Source: Acidobacteriota bacterium
Lineage (GTDB): Bacteria > Acidobacteriota > UBA890 > WLXD01
NCBI GenBank assembly: GCA_965248695.1
Contig: CBDFKD010000002.1
Location: 5,248,001 to 5,312,000 of the forward strand
Direction: 5' to 3'
DNA length: 64,000 nt
Shown here: positions 46,362 through 57,644 of the stretch, one piece after another
Numbering within the stretch: the stretch's first letter is position 1
Layout: each line of letters opens with the position of its first letter
The notes under the pieces: generated by a model
Database searches by the model: none
Told to the model about the DNA's origin: nothing
Seen by the model: only the letters and a program-made list of their open reading frames with translations
Translations under genes and position numbers: made by a program

Positions 46362-49298
46362 GTGTGGCGTCTATCGAAGCTCGATATTCGCGGCTTCAAG
46401 TCGTTCGCTGACCCGGCAGAGCTCGTCTTTCCCGAGGGGATTACGGCGGTAGTCGGTCCCAACGGGTGCGGCAAGAGCAACATATCGGACGCTATCGTCT
46501 GGGCCCTTGGTGAGCAGAGCACAAGCCTGCTTCGGGCGCAGCGCATGAAGGACGTGATCTTTCAAGGCAGCGCCGGCCGCAAGGCCACCGGCACGGCCGA
46601 GGTCACGCTCCACCTGACGACGCGGCGTAAGCCCGAGGCCGATCTGTTCTCGTCCAATGGCGGGCTCGAGGCCGACGGCAGCGGAGAGTACGGCGGCAAC
46701 GGGAACGGTGAGCACGGCGGCCAGGGTACCGGAGCCGTGCCCCGGGATGCGCCCGACGCGAGCGACGTCGACGGAGAGCTGGCGATCACCCGGCGGCTCT
46801 TCCGCTCCGGCGACAGCGAGTACCTGCTGAACGGCAAGAAGTGCTTGCTGCGCGACGTTCGCGAGCGACTGCTGGGCACCGGACTGGGGTCACGGGCGTG
46901 TTTCACGATCGGACAGGGGCGCATCGATCAGATCCTCTCGGCGAGCCCGTTCGAGCGCCGGGCACCCATCGAGGAGGCGGCCGGGATCTCGCTATACCGA
47001 CGCCGGCGCCATGGCACGAACCTGAAGCTCGAGGCCACAGCGCAGGACCTGGCCCGCGTCGACGATATCTGTCAGGAGGTGGCCCGGCAGATGCGGAGCC
47101 TCAAACGTCAGGCTGGTAGAGCGCGCCGCTACCGTGCGCTGCGCGAGAGGCTGCGCGAGCTGGAACGTAGGTGGTTCTATCTGAGGCTGCAGTCTGCCGA
47201 CAATGAGGCCCGAACCGCCAGCGCTGCGATGCAGGCGACGACCCTCGGGGAGCAGGTGGCGCGCGACGAGCTCGAGGTCGCTACACGGGCCTGGGAACGT
47301 GCCCGCAAGGCGTGGCGCGAGCAGCGCCAAGAGCGCGAGCAGATACGCCAGAAGCTGTACCACGCGCAGGTGGAGCATGAGCGCGCCCGCTCGGAGGCCG
47401 CGCGCCAGCGTGACCGCGCCGCCTTCGTTGTCGAGCGGCAAGAAGAGCTGCAACGCAAGCGCGAGGCCCAGCAGACCGGCCTCGACGAGGCGGCATCGAT
47501 CGTCGACGCACGGCGCCGCTCATCGGGTGAGGCCGATCAAGCGGCGCGGTCGGCGGAACGCCTGCTCCAAGAGGCCCGCGAGCGCCTCGACCCGATCACG
47601 CATCTGGATGCCACCGCTGCTGCCGACAGCACAATGGAGCTCAGCACACTGGCGGCCTGCATCGAGGTCGAGGAGGACTTTCGCGGCGCGGTCGCCCTGG
47701 CACTGGGCGACCGCCTGCGCTTGCCGATGCTGTCAAGCGAACAGATCGAACCGTGGCTGCAAGCCGCCGAGGCACGCCGGGGAGTTTCTGCCGGGCTACG
47801 AGAGCCCACCAGCTCGCCCGGTGAAGCAGCCCCGGAGACTGGTGCGGAGTCCTTGCGAGCGCGTGCGACCGGACTCAACGGCTGCGCTCAGTCAGTCCTG
47901 GATGATCTGCTGTCGAACGTCTGGCTGGTAGCGACGCCCGACGATGCGCTACGACTGGCCACAGCGCACCGGGGCCACGGCTTCGTGGATGCAGGAGGCC
48001 AGGTCTGGGCGCGGGGAGCCGAGATCCGCCACCGCAATGAATCGATCGATCGCATCGCCGAAAGCGCTCAGGCGAGCGTACGCGTGGAGCTTCCGACGGC
48101 GGATGCAAAGGACACCGGGCCGGGCGGAGAGACCGAGGCCCTGCACCTCGAAGTCGAACGTGCTCAGTCATCGCTCGGGGCGGCACGGGCGCAGGCGGCG
48201 GCGGCGGCGCGCGAGCTCCAGGTTGCCGAGGCCGGCGAGCGGCGACAGGACGCCGATGTCGCTCGCCTGAAGACCGACGCTGACGGGCTGACTGCCAGTG
48301 AGGCCACCGCCGAGGCGCAAGCAGTGGCGGCGGACACACGAGCGGACGAGTCGAGGAGGCTGTGTGGCGACCTCGAGGAGCAGCTGCAAGAAGACGACAG
48401 CGGCGACCTCGCCGAAGAGTTCGAGCTTGCGGCGCTGGAGTCGGCGGTAGCGGCACAACGGAGCGCGGTCGACCGGGCTCAGTCACGACGAACCGGGAGT
48501 GAGGTGCAGGCCGCCGAAGTGCGGGTCCGGCGCAGCCATCTGCATGAGCGGATTCGTGAGCGCTTGGATATCGACCCGGCGCAGTTGCTGCAATCCATGA
48601 CCGCCGAGCCCGCCGACATCGAACCATCGGGCTCGTCCGATGAGGTGCAAAGCGAGACCGATCTAGAGAAAGAGGTGCAGCAGGCTCGTGGCGCTATCGA
48701 TCGGCTCGGGCCGGTGAACCTCGTCGCCTACGAGGACTACGAGTCACAGAAGGACCGCTTCGAAGAGCTGGATGGCCAGCGGGCCGACCTTCAGACAGCC
48801 ACCACCAACCTGCACGAAGCGATCAAGAAGATCGACGCTGACTGCGTCGGGCGTTTCACCGAGGCGTTCGAGTCCATCGACGGGTATTTCAATCGCATCT
48901 TCCGGCAGCTCTTCGGTGGCGGCCGAGCCGGGATGCGGCTCGAAAGCATCGACGATCCGCTCAACAGCGGCATCGAGATCGTGGCGCAACCGCCCGGCAA
49001 GACACTGCAGAGCATCCGCCTGATGTCCGGCGGTGAGCGCTCGATGATCGCACTGGCCTTGATGTTCGCCATCTTCGAATATCACCCGTCACCCTTCTGC
49101 ATCCTCGACGAGGCCGACGCGGCGCTCGACGAGAGCAACGTCGCGCGGTTCATCCGGGCCCTGAACCACTTCCAGGACCGGGCGCAGTTCATCATGATCA
49201 CGCACAACAAGCTGAGCATGGAGGTGGCCGACCTCCTGTACGGAGTGACCATGGAGGACAGCGGTGTTTCCAAGCTGGTATCGGTGCGGCTGAACTGA
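46362..49298 (+). CDS. smc: Chromosome segregation ATPase SMC (short form)
   Basis: GFKSF, GPNGCGKSN, IGQGRID, LGPVN, MSGGE, PFCILDEADAALD, ITH; GGAGG before GTG 46362; scpAB nearby. Confidence 0.9.
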   Translation: MWRLSKLDIRGFKSFADPAELVFPEGITAVVGPNGCGKSNISDAIVWALGEQSTSLLRAQRMKDVIFQGSAGRKATGTAEVTLHLTTRRKPEADLFSSNGGLEADGSGEYGGNGNGEHGGQGTGAVPRDAPDASDVDGELAITRRLFRSGDSEYLLNGKKCLLRDVRERLLGTGLGSRACFTIGQGRIDQILSASPFERRAPIEEAAGISLYRRRRHGTNLKLEATAQDLARVDDICQEVARQMRSLKRQAGRARRYRALRERLRELERRWFYLRLQSADNEARTASAAMQATTLGEQVARDELEVATRAWERARKAWREQRQEREQIRQKLYHAQVEHERARSEAARQRDRAAFVVERQEELQRKREAQQTGLDEAASIVDARRRSSGEADQAARSAERLLQEARERLDPITHLDATAAADSTMELSTLAACIEVEEDFRGAVALALGDRLRLPMLSSEQIEPWLQAAEARRGVSAGLREPTSSPGEAAPETGAESLRARATGLNGCAQSVLDDLLSNVWLVATPDDALRLATAHRGHGFVDAGGQVWARGAEIRHRNESIDRIAESAQASVRVELPTADAKDTGPGGETEALHLEVERAQSSLGAARAQAAAAARELQVAEAGERRQDADVARLKTDADGLTASEATAEAQAVAADTRADESRRLCGDLEEQLQEDDSGDLAEEFELAALESAVAAQRSAVDRAQSRRTGSEVQAAEVRVRRSHLHERIRERLDIDPAQLLQSMTAEPADIEPSGSSDEVQSETDLEKEVQQARGAIDRLGPVNLVAYEDYESQKDRFEELDGQRADLQTATTNLHEAIKKIDADCVGRFTEAFESIDGYFNRIFRQLFGGGRAGMRLESIDDPLNSGIEIVAQPPGKTLQSIRLMSGGERSMIALALMFAIFEYHPSPFCILDEADAALDESNVARFIRALNHFQDRAQFIMITHNKLSMEVADLLYGVTMEDSGVSKLVSVRLN

Positions 49299-49353
49299 GA
49301 CGCCCTACGCCACGCGCCGTTCACTCGCCGGGACTCCCCGGGGAGCGTCGCGA

Positions 49354-51435
49354 ATGCAGCTAGAGGAAGGGGTCCTGGCTGTTCCCGGAGTCGGGCCACG
49401 CCGGGTCGAGCAACTGCGACGCGCTGGCGTTCTGACCATCGGTGACTTGCTGACGTTTCTTCCCCGCCGCTATGAAGACCGCTCGCGAGTGGTCCGCGTC
49501 GCCGATCTGGTGGTCGGCGAGCCGGCATGTGTCGACGTCGTCGTGCGCTCGTGCCGACGTGCGGGACGACCGGGCCGGCGCTCACGCGCCGAATTGAAGG
49601 CCGACGACCCCACCGGCTCGATCGCCGCGGTGTGGTTCAACCAGGGCTACGTGGTCGATCGGCTGGCCGTGGGCAGCCCGATCAGGCTGTACGGACGTCC
49701 GCTGACGCACGAGGGCGGCCTGCAGATGGTCAATCCGGCGCTTGCGGTGGAGGTTGATGATGGCGAGGAGTCGCCGCACATGGGCCGCCACGTACCGATC
49801 TACTCGAGCGCTGGGGGACTCGGCTCAGGCTCGCTGCGGCGTTTGCTTGCCGCCAGCCTGGAGGGACTCGACGAGGTGTCCGATCCACTGCCGGACGGCA
49901 CCATCCGATCGCATCAGCTGCTGGACCTGCGCAGCGCCCTGAGGGACGTCCACTACCCGCCTCCGGACAGCGACCTGGATCTGTGGAATGCCCGCCGTTC
50001 GCCGGCCCATCGGCGCCTCATCATCCAGGAGTTCGTCGACTACCAGGCAGCGCTCATGCTGCAGCGCCGTCGTGCCGCCAGCGAGCCGGGCTTCGCGCGG
50101 CGGATCGGCGCGCCGGTACGCCGCCGTGTCGAGGCAGCGCTGCCGTTTGAAATGACAGCAGCACAGAGGCGGTGCGTCGACCAGATCATGGGCGACCTCT
50201 CGGAACCCGGTGCGATGCATCGGCTACTACAAGGCGACGTGGGAAGCGGCAAGACGGCGGTGGCCGCCTGCGCCATGTTCGCGGTGGCGGTGCACGGCGA
50301 ACAGGCAGCCTTGCTCGTTCCGAGCGCCATTGTGGCCGATCAACACGCCCGCACGCTGCGGGCGTGGGGTGAGAGTCTCGGAATCGAGGTGGCGGCCCTG
50401 ACGGCATCGACCGAGGCGCCTCGGCGACGCGAGATTCTCGCGGCGCTGGAGCAGGGCGATTGTCGCATCGTCGTCGGTACACAGGCTTTGCTCCAGCCAC
50501 GCGTGCGCTTCGCGCGCCTCGGCCTGGTCGTGGTCGACGAGCAGCACCGGTTCGGTGTAGCTCAGCGTGCGATGCTGGGATCCCGCGGCCGCCGTCAGCA
50601 GGCCCAGCCGGACCTGCTGGTCATGACCGCGACACCGATTCCCCGCAGCCTGGCGCTGTCTTTGTACGGCGACCTTGACGTCAGCCAGATCGACGAGCTG
50701 CCGCCCGGACGGAGCCCGACGACGACGCGTTGGCTGCGCGGCAGCGAGCTCGACGAGATCGATCTGGAGCTGCGACGGGTAGCGGCAGCGGGGGAGCGTG
50801 CCTTCGTCGTTGCGCCGCGCATCGAAGACATCGACGACGGCTGTATCTCCGCCGTGGAGCTGGCGCGCCAGTTGAAGGGACGCAACCCGGCGCTCTCCTT
50901 TGGCCTCGTCCACGGTGACATGGATGCGGATAGCAAGGCGCAAGCGATGCACAGCTTCACTTCCGGAGCGACTTCGGTGCTGGTGGCGACCACGGTCATC
51001 GAGGTCGGAGTAGACGTCCCGGAGGCAACGCTGATGGTGATCGAGGGCGCCGAGCGCTTCGGTCTGGCGCAGCTACATCAGCTGCGCGGCCGCGTCGGAA
51101 GAGGAGCGCGTCCCGGTAAGTGTTGGTTGGTACCGCGCGGCAACGTCACTGACGCGGCGGCACAGCGATTGCGTACGCTCTGCGACACCAGCGACGGGTT
51201 TCGCATCGCCGAGGAAGATCTTCGCCTCCGTGGCCCCGGCGAGATCCTCGGAACCCGGCAGGCCGGACCGGTCGAGCTCCGCATCGGCGATCCCTATGCG
51301 CACGCCGACTGGTTCGAGGAAGCTCGCGATATCGCGCGTGCCCTGGTGGACGGTACGGACGCGGCGGCAACCGGCTACCGTGATCGCTTGCGCGACGCCT
51401 GGCGTACGCGTATGCGGCTGGCCCGCGCCGGCTGA
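49354..51435 (+). CDS. recG: ATP-dependent DNA helicase RecG
   Basis: PRRYEDR, LLQGDVGSGKT, DEQHRFG, MTATPIPR, QLHQLRGRVGRG, DLRLRGPGE. Confidence 0.96.
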   Translation: MQLEEGVLAVPGVGPRRVEQLRRAGVLTIGDLLTFLPRRYEDRSRVVRVADLVVGEPACVDVVVRSCRRAGRPGRRSRAELKADDPTGSIAAVWFNQGYVVDRLAVGSPIRLYGRPLTHEGGLQMVNPALAVEVDDGEESPHMGRHVPIYSSAGGLGSGSLRRLLAASLEGLDEVSDPLPDGTIRSHQLLDLRSALRDVHYPPPDSDLDLWNARRSPAHRRLIIQEFVDYQAALMLQRRRAASEPGFARRIGAPVRRRVEAALPFEMTAAQRRCVDQIMGDLSEPGAMHRLLQGDVGSGKTAVAACAMFAVAVHGEQAALLVPSAIVADQHARTLRAWGESLGIEVAALTASTEAPRRREILAALEQGDCRIVVGTQALLQPRVRFARLGLVVVDEQHRFGVAQRAMLGSRGRRQQAQPDLLVMTATPIPRSLALSLYGDLDVSQIDELPPGRSPTTTRWLRGSELDEIDLELRRVAAAGERAFVVAPRIEDIDDGCISAVELARQLKGRNPALSFGLVHGDMDADSKAQAMHSFTSGATSVLVATTVIEVGVDVPEATLMVIEGAERFGLAQLHQLRGRVGRGARPGKCWLVPRGNVTDAAAQRLRTLCDTSDGFRIAEEDLRLRGPGEILGTRQAGPVELRIGDPYAHADWFEEARDIARALVDGTDAAATGYRDRLRDAWRTRMRLARAG

Positions 51436-52007
51436 TGCGGATCATCGCCGGCCGAGCGCGACGGAGACGGCTTACCGTGCCGGACCTGCCCGGCGTGCGG
51501 CCAACCTCCGACCGCGCCAGGGAAACGCTGTTCAACGTCTTGCAGCCGGTGCTCGAGGACGCCCGCGTCCTCGACCTGTTCGCCGGCACCGGCGCGCTCG
51601 GTCTCGAAGCGCTAAGCCGCGGCGCTCGCTGTGCGACGTTTGTCGACCAACAGCGGAAAGTCGTCGAAGCGCTACGGGCCAACATCGCCAGTTGCGACCT
51701 CGAAGCCGAGTGCAACGTGATCGTCGCCGACTACCGGGCCGCGTTGCGACGCCTCGGCGCCACCGATAGCGAGCCATTCGATCTCGTATTCGCCGACCCG
51801 CCGTACGGGTCCGGACGCGGAGCGGAGTGCCTGGCGCGGCTTCAGACCCATGGGCTGTGCGCTGACGATGCGCGCATCGTCCTCGAACAGCGTGAGGATG
51901 AGGCCATCGAGCTGCCGGCACCGTGGGCGCTTGTACGCCAGCTGCGAGTGGGCGACACCGTGTTTCTGATCTGCTCCCGCGTAGAGCCCGGCGGTGCGTC
52001 CTGCTAA
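51435..52007 (+). CDS. rsmD: 16S rRNA m2G966 methyltransferase
   Basis: MRIIAG, RPTSDRARETLFN, LDLFAGTGALGLEALSRG, DPPY. Confidence 0.95.
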   Translation: MRIIAGRARRRRLTVPDLPGVRPTSDRARETLFNVLQPVLEDARVLDLFAGTGALGLEALSRGARCATFVDQQRKVVEALRANIASCDLEAECNVIVADYRAALRRLGATDSEPFDLVFADPPYGSGRGAECLARLQTHGLCADDARIVLEQREDEAIELPAPWALVRQLRVGDTVFLICSRVEPGGASC

Positions 52008-52062
52008 AGTGCGACAGTGGTCTCCGAATCGGGGGCGGAGGCGCGCAACGGGGTCCGAGACC

Positions 52063-52545
52063 GTGAACACCGCTGCTATTTATCCGGGATCGTTCGATCC
52101 CGTTACCAATGGACATCTGGACATCATCCGGCGATCCCGGGAGGTGTTCCCACGCCTGATCGTTGCGGTGCTGCGCAACTCGCGCAAAGAAGCAATGTTC
52201 TCGGTAGAGGCGCGAACGTCACTGCTGGAGCGACTCCTCGGCGATGAGGATGGGATCGAGGTGGTCAGCTTCGAGGGCCTGCTTGTCGAGGTGGCACAGG
52301 CGCGGGGCGCAAGCGTGATTATTCGCGGCCTGCGCGCCGTGACGGATTTCGAGTTCGAGTTCCAGATGGCGATGATGAACCGGCATCTTGACGGTCGGAT
52401 CAAGACCATGTTCATGGTGCCGCACGAAGACTACACCTACCTTTCATCGAGTTTGATCAAGGAAATCTACGAGCTCGGCGGTACCGTAACGGGAATGGTC
52501 CCGGCCGAGGTCGAGGAGCAGCTACGTGAGCATTTCGCCCGCTGA
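52063..52545 (+). CDS. coaD: Pantetheine-phosphate adenylyltransferase
   Basis: YPGSFDPVTNGHLD, IRGLRAVTDFEFE, LSSSLIKE. Confidence 0.96.
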   Translation: MNTAAIYPGSFDPVTNGHLDIIRRSREVFPRLIVAVLRNSRKEAMFSVEARTSLLERLLGDEDGIEVVSFEGLLVEVAQARGASVIIRGLRAVTDFEFEFQMAMMNRHLDGRIKTMFMVPHEDYTYLSSSLIKEIYELGGTVTGMVPAEVEEQLREHFAR

Positions 52546-53743
52546 ACGGTCTGATGCCCTGCGACTCAGTCGCACCGTGTCGCGCATTGGCGCCTCGGCC
52601 ACACTTGCCGCCAGCGAGAAGGCCCGCCAGCTGCGCGCCACGGGTATCGACGTACTCGATCTCGGCCCTGGGCAGCCGGATTTCGACACGCCGGAGCCCA
52701 TCCGCGCGGCCGGCATTCGGGCGATCCGCGAGGGCCGCACCCGGTATACACCGGCGGCGGGGATTCCGGAGCTGCGCGAGGCGGTTGCCAGCTTGTACAG
52801 CTCGCGCGACGGCGTGCCCTATCGAACCGACGAGACGATGATCACCGCCGGAGGCAAGCAGGGACTGCACAATTTCTTCATGAGCGTGCTCGACCCCGGA
52901 GACGAGGTGATCATCCCGACTCCCTACTGGGTGAGCATTCCGGAACAGGTGAAGCTGGCCGGCGGAGAGCCGATCACCGTCGACACCGACGAGGCGGATG
53001 GTTTCGAGCTCCGATCGGAAACGATCGCGGCGGCGTGCACCGAACGGACTCGGGTGATCGTGCTGAACACGCCGAGCAATCCGAGCGGTGCCGTCATCGA
53101 CGCCGCGGAGATGCACAAGCTGGCCGCCCTGGCTCTCGAGCGCGGTGTGCTCCTGCTGGTCGACGAGTGCTATGCGGCACTGGTGTACGAGGGCACCGAG
53201 CACGTTACCCCGCTGAGCTTCGGCGCCGAGGCCAAGGAGATCACGGTTATCTGCGGCTCCTGTTCAAAGAGCTACGCGATGACCGGCTGGCGCATCGGCT
53301 ACCTTGCCGGGCCGCGCGAGATCATCGCCGCCTGCGTTCGCTTGCAAGGCCACACGACGTCAAACCCCGCATCGGTCAGCCAGTACGCAGCGCTCGAGGC
53401 GATGACGGGTGACCAGACGCCGGTGCGGCAGATGCTGGCGACGTTCGCCGAACGGCGCGATCGGGTGCTACCGCGAATTCGTGCCCTGCCAGGCGTCGAG
53501 TGTGTAGAGCCGAAGGGAGCTTTCTATGCCTTCCCGAACGTTTCGTCGCTCCTCTCGGAACAGCTGCCGACCTCCGCCGAGCTTGCCGACCATTTCATCG
53601 ATCAGGCACACGTGGTCACGGTCCCAGGTGTGGCATTTGGCCGCGACGGTTTCCTGCGCATGTCGTACGCCACCTCGATGGAAACGCTCGAGGCGGCGCT
53701 CGACCGCCTCGAAACAGCGTGCGCCGCGCTTGCGGCAAACTAA
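52526..53743 (+). CDS. PLP-dependent aminotransferase class I/II (aspartate aminotransferase-like)
   Basis: GQPDFDTP, YTPAAGIPELR, NTPSNPSG, DECY, SKSYAMTGWRIG, GAFY. Confidence 0.93.
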   Translation: MSISPAERSDALRLSRTVSRIGASATLAASEKARQLRATGIDVLDLGPGQPDFDTPEPIRAAGIRAIREGRTRYTPAAGIPELREAVASLYSSRDGVPYRTDETMITAGGKQGLHNFFMSVLDPGDEVIIPTPYWVSIPEQVKLAGGEPITVDTDEADGFELRSETIAAACTERTRVIVLNTPSNPSGAVIDAAEMHKLAALALERGVLLLVDECYAALVYEGTEHVTPLSFGAEAKEITVICGSCSKSYAMTGWRIGYLAGPREIIAACVRLQGHTTSNPASVSQYAALEAMTGDQTPVRQMLATFAERRDRVLPRIRALPGVECVEPKGAFYAFPNVSSLLSEQLPTSAELADHFIDQAHVVTVPGVAFGRDGFLRMSYATSMETLEAALDRLETACAALAAN

Positions 53744-53797
53744 CGCCACCGATGGGATGAGCGGATCGACGGGGCGCGCCGCCCAGGTGTTCGGCGA

Positions 53798-55804
53798 TTG
53801 AATCCGACCGTCGCCGGCGAACGCTTCCATCTGCAGGCGGAGTTCGAGCCCCAGGGCGATCAGCCACGGGCGATCCGGGAGCTCGAGGCCGGCCTCGCGT
53901 CGGGAGCCGCGAACCAGGTGCTGCTGGGAGTCACCGGGTCCGGCAAGACCTTCACGATGGCGCAGATCATCGAGCGGGCTCAACGTCCAGCCCTCGTCAT
54001 CGCGCACAACAAGACGCTCGCGGCGCAGCTTTATCAGGAGTTTCGCGACTTCTTTCCACCCAACGCGGTGGAGTATTTCGTCTCCTACTACGACTACTAC
54101 CAGCCGGAGGCGTACGTCCCCTCAACCGACACCTACATCGCCAAGGAAACCCTCATCAACGACGAGATCGATCGGATGCGGCACTCGGCTACGCGGTCGT
54201 TGTGGAGCCGTCGCGACGTGGTAATCGTGGCATCGGTGTCCTGCATCTATGGGCTCGGGGCGCCGGAGTCGTACTACGGGCTGATGCTGCCGTTGGAGGT
54301 GGGTGCCCGCCTGGATCGGCAGCAATTCCTGCGCCAGCTGGTGGAGTTGCACTACACACGTCGGGAACATGGTCTGGAGCGTGGCAGCTTCCGCGTGCGT
54401 GGCGAGGAAGTCGAGATCCTTCCCACCTACGGTGAGGAGGCTCTGCGGATCACCTTCGACGATACGGAGATCGTGGGCCTGGCCGAGATCGACCCGCTGA
54501 TGGGACAGACGCTGAACCAGCACGCCAAGCTGGGCCTTTTCCCGGCATCTCACTACGTCACCACCCTCGAGCGGCGCGCGGCGGCGATCGAGACCATCAA
54601 GGAAGAGCTCGACGAATGGCTGCCCCAGCTACAAGCCGAAGGCAAGATGCTCGAGGCGCAGCGGCTACATCAGCGGACGATGTTCGACCTGGAGATGATG
54701 CAAACCGTGGGCTACTGCCACGGCGTGGAGAACTACTCGCGTCACCTCACCGGCCGTGAGCCGGGCGAGCCGCCGCCGACGCTGATCGAATACCTGCCGG
54801 AGGACCACATCGTCTTCATCGACGAATCACACATGACGGTGCCGCAGCTGCGCGGCATGTACGAGGGCGATCGGTCGCGCAAGAGCACGCTCGTCAAGCA
54901 CGGCTTCCGGCTGCCCTCGGCGATGGACAATCGACCGCTCAACTTCGACGAGTTTCTGGGACTCGTCGGACAGATAGTCCACGTGTCGGCTACACCGGGT
55001 CCCTGGGAGCTGGAAGAGAGCGGCGGGGTGGTCGTGGAGCAAATCATTCGCCCCACCGGGTTGACCGATCCGGATGTCGATGTGCGACCCGCGTCAGGTC
55101 AGGTCGACGACTTGTTGGCCGAGGTGCGGGCACGGGTGGACCGATCGGAGCGCGTGCTGGTAACCACTCTCACCAAGCGGATGTCCGAGGAGCTGACCGA
55201 CTATTACGGCGATCTGGGAGTCCGCGTACGCTATCTCCATAGCGATATCGACACCCTCGATCGCATCAAGCTGTTGCGCGACTTCCGACGCGGCGACTTC
55301 GACGTGCTGGTGGGGGTGAACCTGCTGCGGGAAGGCCTCGACCTGCCGGAAGTGACGCTCGTAGCGGTGCTCGATGCCGACAAGGAAGGATTCCTGCGCT
55401 CGGCCACGGCGCTCATACAGACCACCGGCCGCGCAGCGCGAAACGTGGAGGGCAAGGTCATCCTCTATGCGGATCGCATCACCGACTCGATGCAGTTGGC
55501 CATCGGCGAGACGACGCGGCGTCGAGAGATCCAGCAGACCTACAACGACGAACACGGGATTGTCCCGGAAACCATCGTGAAGCGAATCTCCGACACGTTC
55601 GGCCAGTTCTACGCTCGCGACTACGTCGACCTGACCGTCGCTGAAGAGCCCGAGCTGCCGATGGATGGGGTGAGCATGGGCGAGCATCTCGCCGACCTCG
55701 AAAAGCAGATGCTCGCGGCAGCGGAGGAGCTCGACTTCGAACAGGCGGCGAATATCCGTGATCGCATGCAGGAGCTGCGTCGACGGCAGCTCGGCGTATC
55801 GTGA
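53798..55804 (+). CDS. uvrB: Excinuclease ABC subunit B
   Basis: [31 protein letters not shown]-terminal UVR domain. Confidence 0.97.
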   Translation: MNPTVAGERFHLQAEFEPQGDQPRAIRELEAGLASGAANQVLLGVTGSGKTFTMAQIIERAQRPALVIAHNKTLAAQLYQEFRDFFPPNAVEYFVSYYDYYQPEAYVPSTDTYIAKETLINDEIDRMRHSATRSLWSRRDVVIVASVSCIYGLGAPESYYGLMLPLEVGARLDRQQFLRQLVELHYTRREHGLERGSFRVRGEEVEILPTYGEEALRITFDDTEIVGLAEIDPLMGQTLNQHAKLGLFPASHYVTTLERRAAAIETIKEELDEWLPQLQAEGKMLEAQRLHQRTMFDLEMMQTVGYCHGVENYSRHLTGREPGEPPPTLIEYLPEDHIVFIDESHMTVPQLRGMYEGDRSRKSTLVKHGFRLPSAMDNRPLNFDEFLGLVGQIVHVSATPGPWELEESGGVVVEQIIRPTGLTDPDVDVRPASGQVDDLLAEVRARVDRSERVLVTTLTKRMSEELTDYYGDLGVRVRYLHSDIDTLDRIKLLRDFRRGDFDVLVGVNLLREGLDLPEVTLVAVLDADKEGFLRSATALIQTTGRAARNVEGKVILYADRITDSMQLAIGETTRRREIQQTYNDEHGIVPETIVKRISDTFGQFYARDYVDLTVAEEPELPMDGVSMGEHLADLEKQMLAAAEELDFEQAANIRDRMQELRRRQLGVS

Positions 55805-55826
55805 CCATCCGGCGAGCTCGAGCCTG

Positions 55827-57635
55827 ATGCCGATCGACGCCATTCGCGAGCTGGTCGGCGACCTGCCCGCCGAACCGGGTGTCTACATCTTCAAGGACGC
55901 CCGCGGTCGAAGCATCTACGTCGGCAAGGCCAACCGTATCCGCGATCGAGTGCGGTCACACCTGAGCGGCGGGCGGGAAGAGCGCCGCCAGCAGCGCATG
56001 CTCCACGAAGCCGTTGACGTCGAGGTCATCGTCACCGATTCCGAGGTCGAGGCTCTGACGCTGGAGAACAGCCTCATCAAGCAGAGCACGCCACGCTTCA
56101 ACGTGCTGCTGCGTGATGACAAGAACTACCCGTACCTGCGCCTGACCGAGAGCGAGACATTCCCTCGTCTCCAGCTCGTACGGGGTATGGAGCAGGACGG
56201 CGACGAGTACTTCGGCCCCTATATCCCCAATACCCGCGCCCGCCTCATGCAGGTGGTGGTGTACCGCAACTTCGGGCTGCGTCCCTGCAATATCGATATT
56301 GACGGCTCATGGGACCGCGCCTGTCTCTACTACGACATCGGCGAGTGCGCCGGCCCCTGCGTGCGCGCCCTGTGCGACGAAGAGCGTTACTCCGACATCG
56401 TCAACGAGGTGAAGCTGTTTCTGCAGGGGAGGGGAGAAGACCTCGAGGGCGACCTGGAGGCGAAGATGCTGAGTGCATCGTCCACTCAGCAGTACGAGCG
56501 TGCAGCGCACTATCGAGACCTCGTGGAGACGGTGCGAGCTGCATCGCGTGAGCAGAAGATGGCCTCGAAGGATCTCGGCAATCGAGATCTTTTCGCCCTC
56601 TATCGCGAGGAACAGCGGGCGGCGCTGCAGGTGTTCCTGGTGCGCGATGGTCTGGTGGTGGAGCGCCGTCAGTATTTCTGGGACGACGTGAAGGAGGTCG
56701 ACGAGCAGGAGCTGCTCACCACCAGCGTGCAGCAGTACTACCACGGCGGGACCGTGATCCCTCCGGAGGTCTGTCTGCCGATACCGCTCGAATCGGCCGG
56801 TGTGCTCGCTGAGTGGCTGCGTGAGACCCGTGGTGGCGCGGTCAAGCTTCTGGTGCCGCAACGAGGCCCCAAGCGCCGCCTGCTGGAGCTCGTGATGCAG
56901 AACGCCAAGCTTGCGTACGCGCATCGATACGAGCGTGGCGAAGCCGAGCGCGGCGCGCAGTTGTTGCAGGAACTGCTCGACCTGGACCACCCGCCACAGG
57001 TGATCCAGTGCATTGACGTCTCCAATCTGCAGGGACAGCAGATCGTCGCCAGCCTGGTCTCGCTGCGCGACGGCAAACCGGACAAGTCGAGTTACAAGCG
57101 GTTCCGCATACGCGACCTCGCGGGTCAGGACGATTACGAATCCATCGCTCAGGTCGTCCGGCGTCACTTCCAACGGGTGCTTGATGGCGAGATCGCGGCG
57201 CCCGATCTGCTGTTGATCGACGGTGGTCGTGGCCAGCTGTCGTCGGCAAGCGGAGCGTTGGTGGAGCTCGGCATGCAGCAACAGGCGGTCGCCTCGATCG
57301 AGAAGGGCGAGGAGAAGCTCTTCGTCCCAGAGCGTCCGGAGCCGGTACAACTGCAGCCCCACGCCGACGCCCTGCGGTTGGTACAGCGAGTGCGCGACGA
57401 GGCGCACCGGTTCGCGATCACCTACCACCGCTCGTTGCGCAGCAAGTCGGTCCTGCGCTCGGAGCTCGGCGAGATTCCGGGCGTCGGACCGAAGCGCCAG
57501 CGTGCCCTACTGCGGCGGTTCGGCTCGCTGGCCGGGGTGCGCAGCGCAACGGAGCCGGATCTCGCCGAGGTCGTCGGCGGCAAGCTTGCGGCGTCGATTC
57601 GAGCCGTTCTAGCACCGGCTAGAGACGCGGGATAG
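55827..57635 (+). CDS. uvrC: Excinuclease ABC subunit C
   Basis: PGVY..IYVGKA (GIY-YIG), DDKNYPY, IDGGRGQ, RDEAHRFA, HhH GVGPKR. Confidence 0.96.
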   Translation: MPIDAIRELVGDLPAEPGVYIFKDARGRSIYVGKANRIRDRVRSHLSGGREERRQQRMLHEAVDVEVIVTDSEVEALTLENSLIKQSTPRFNVLLRDDKNYPYLRLTESETFPRLQLVRGMEQDGDEYFGPYIPNTRARLMQVVVYRNFGLRPCNIDIDGSWDRACLYYDIGECAGPCVRALCDEERYSDIVNEVKLFLQGRGEDLEGDLEAKMLSASSTQQYERAAHYRDLVETVRAASREQKMASKDLGNRDLFALYREEQRAALQVFLVRDGLVVERRQYFWDDVKEVDEQELLTTSVQQYYHGGTVIPPEVCLPIPLESAGVLAEWLRETRGGAVKLLVPQRGPKRRLLELVMQNAKLAYAHRYERGEAERGAQLLQELLDLDHPPQVIQCIDVSNLQGQQIVASLVSLRDGKPDKSSYKRFRIRDLAGQDDYESIAQVVRRHFQRVLDGEIAAPDLLLIDGGRGQLSSASGALVELGMQQQAVASIEKGEEKLFVPERPEPVQLQPHADALRLVQRVRDEAHRFAITYHRSLRSKSVLRSELGEIPGVGPKRQRALLRRFGSLAGVRSATEPDLAEVVGGKLAASIRAVLAPARDAG

Positions 57636-57644
57636 CATCACGGG

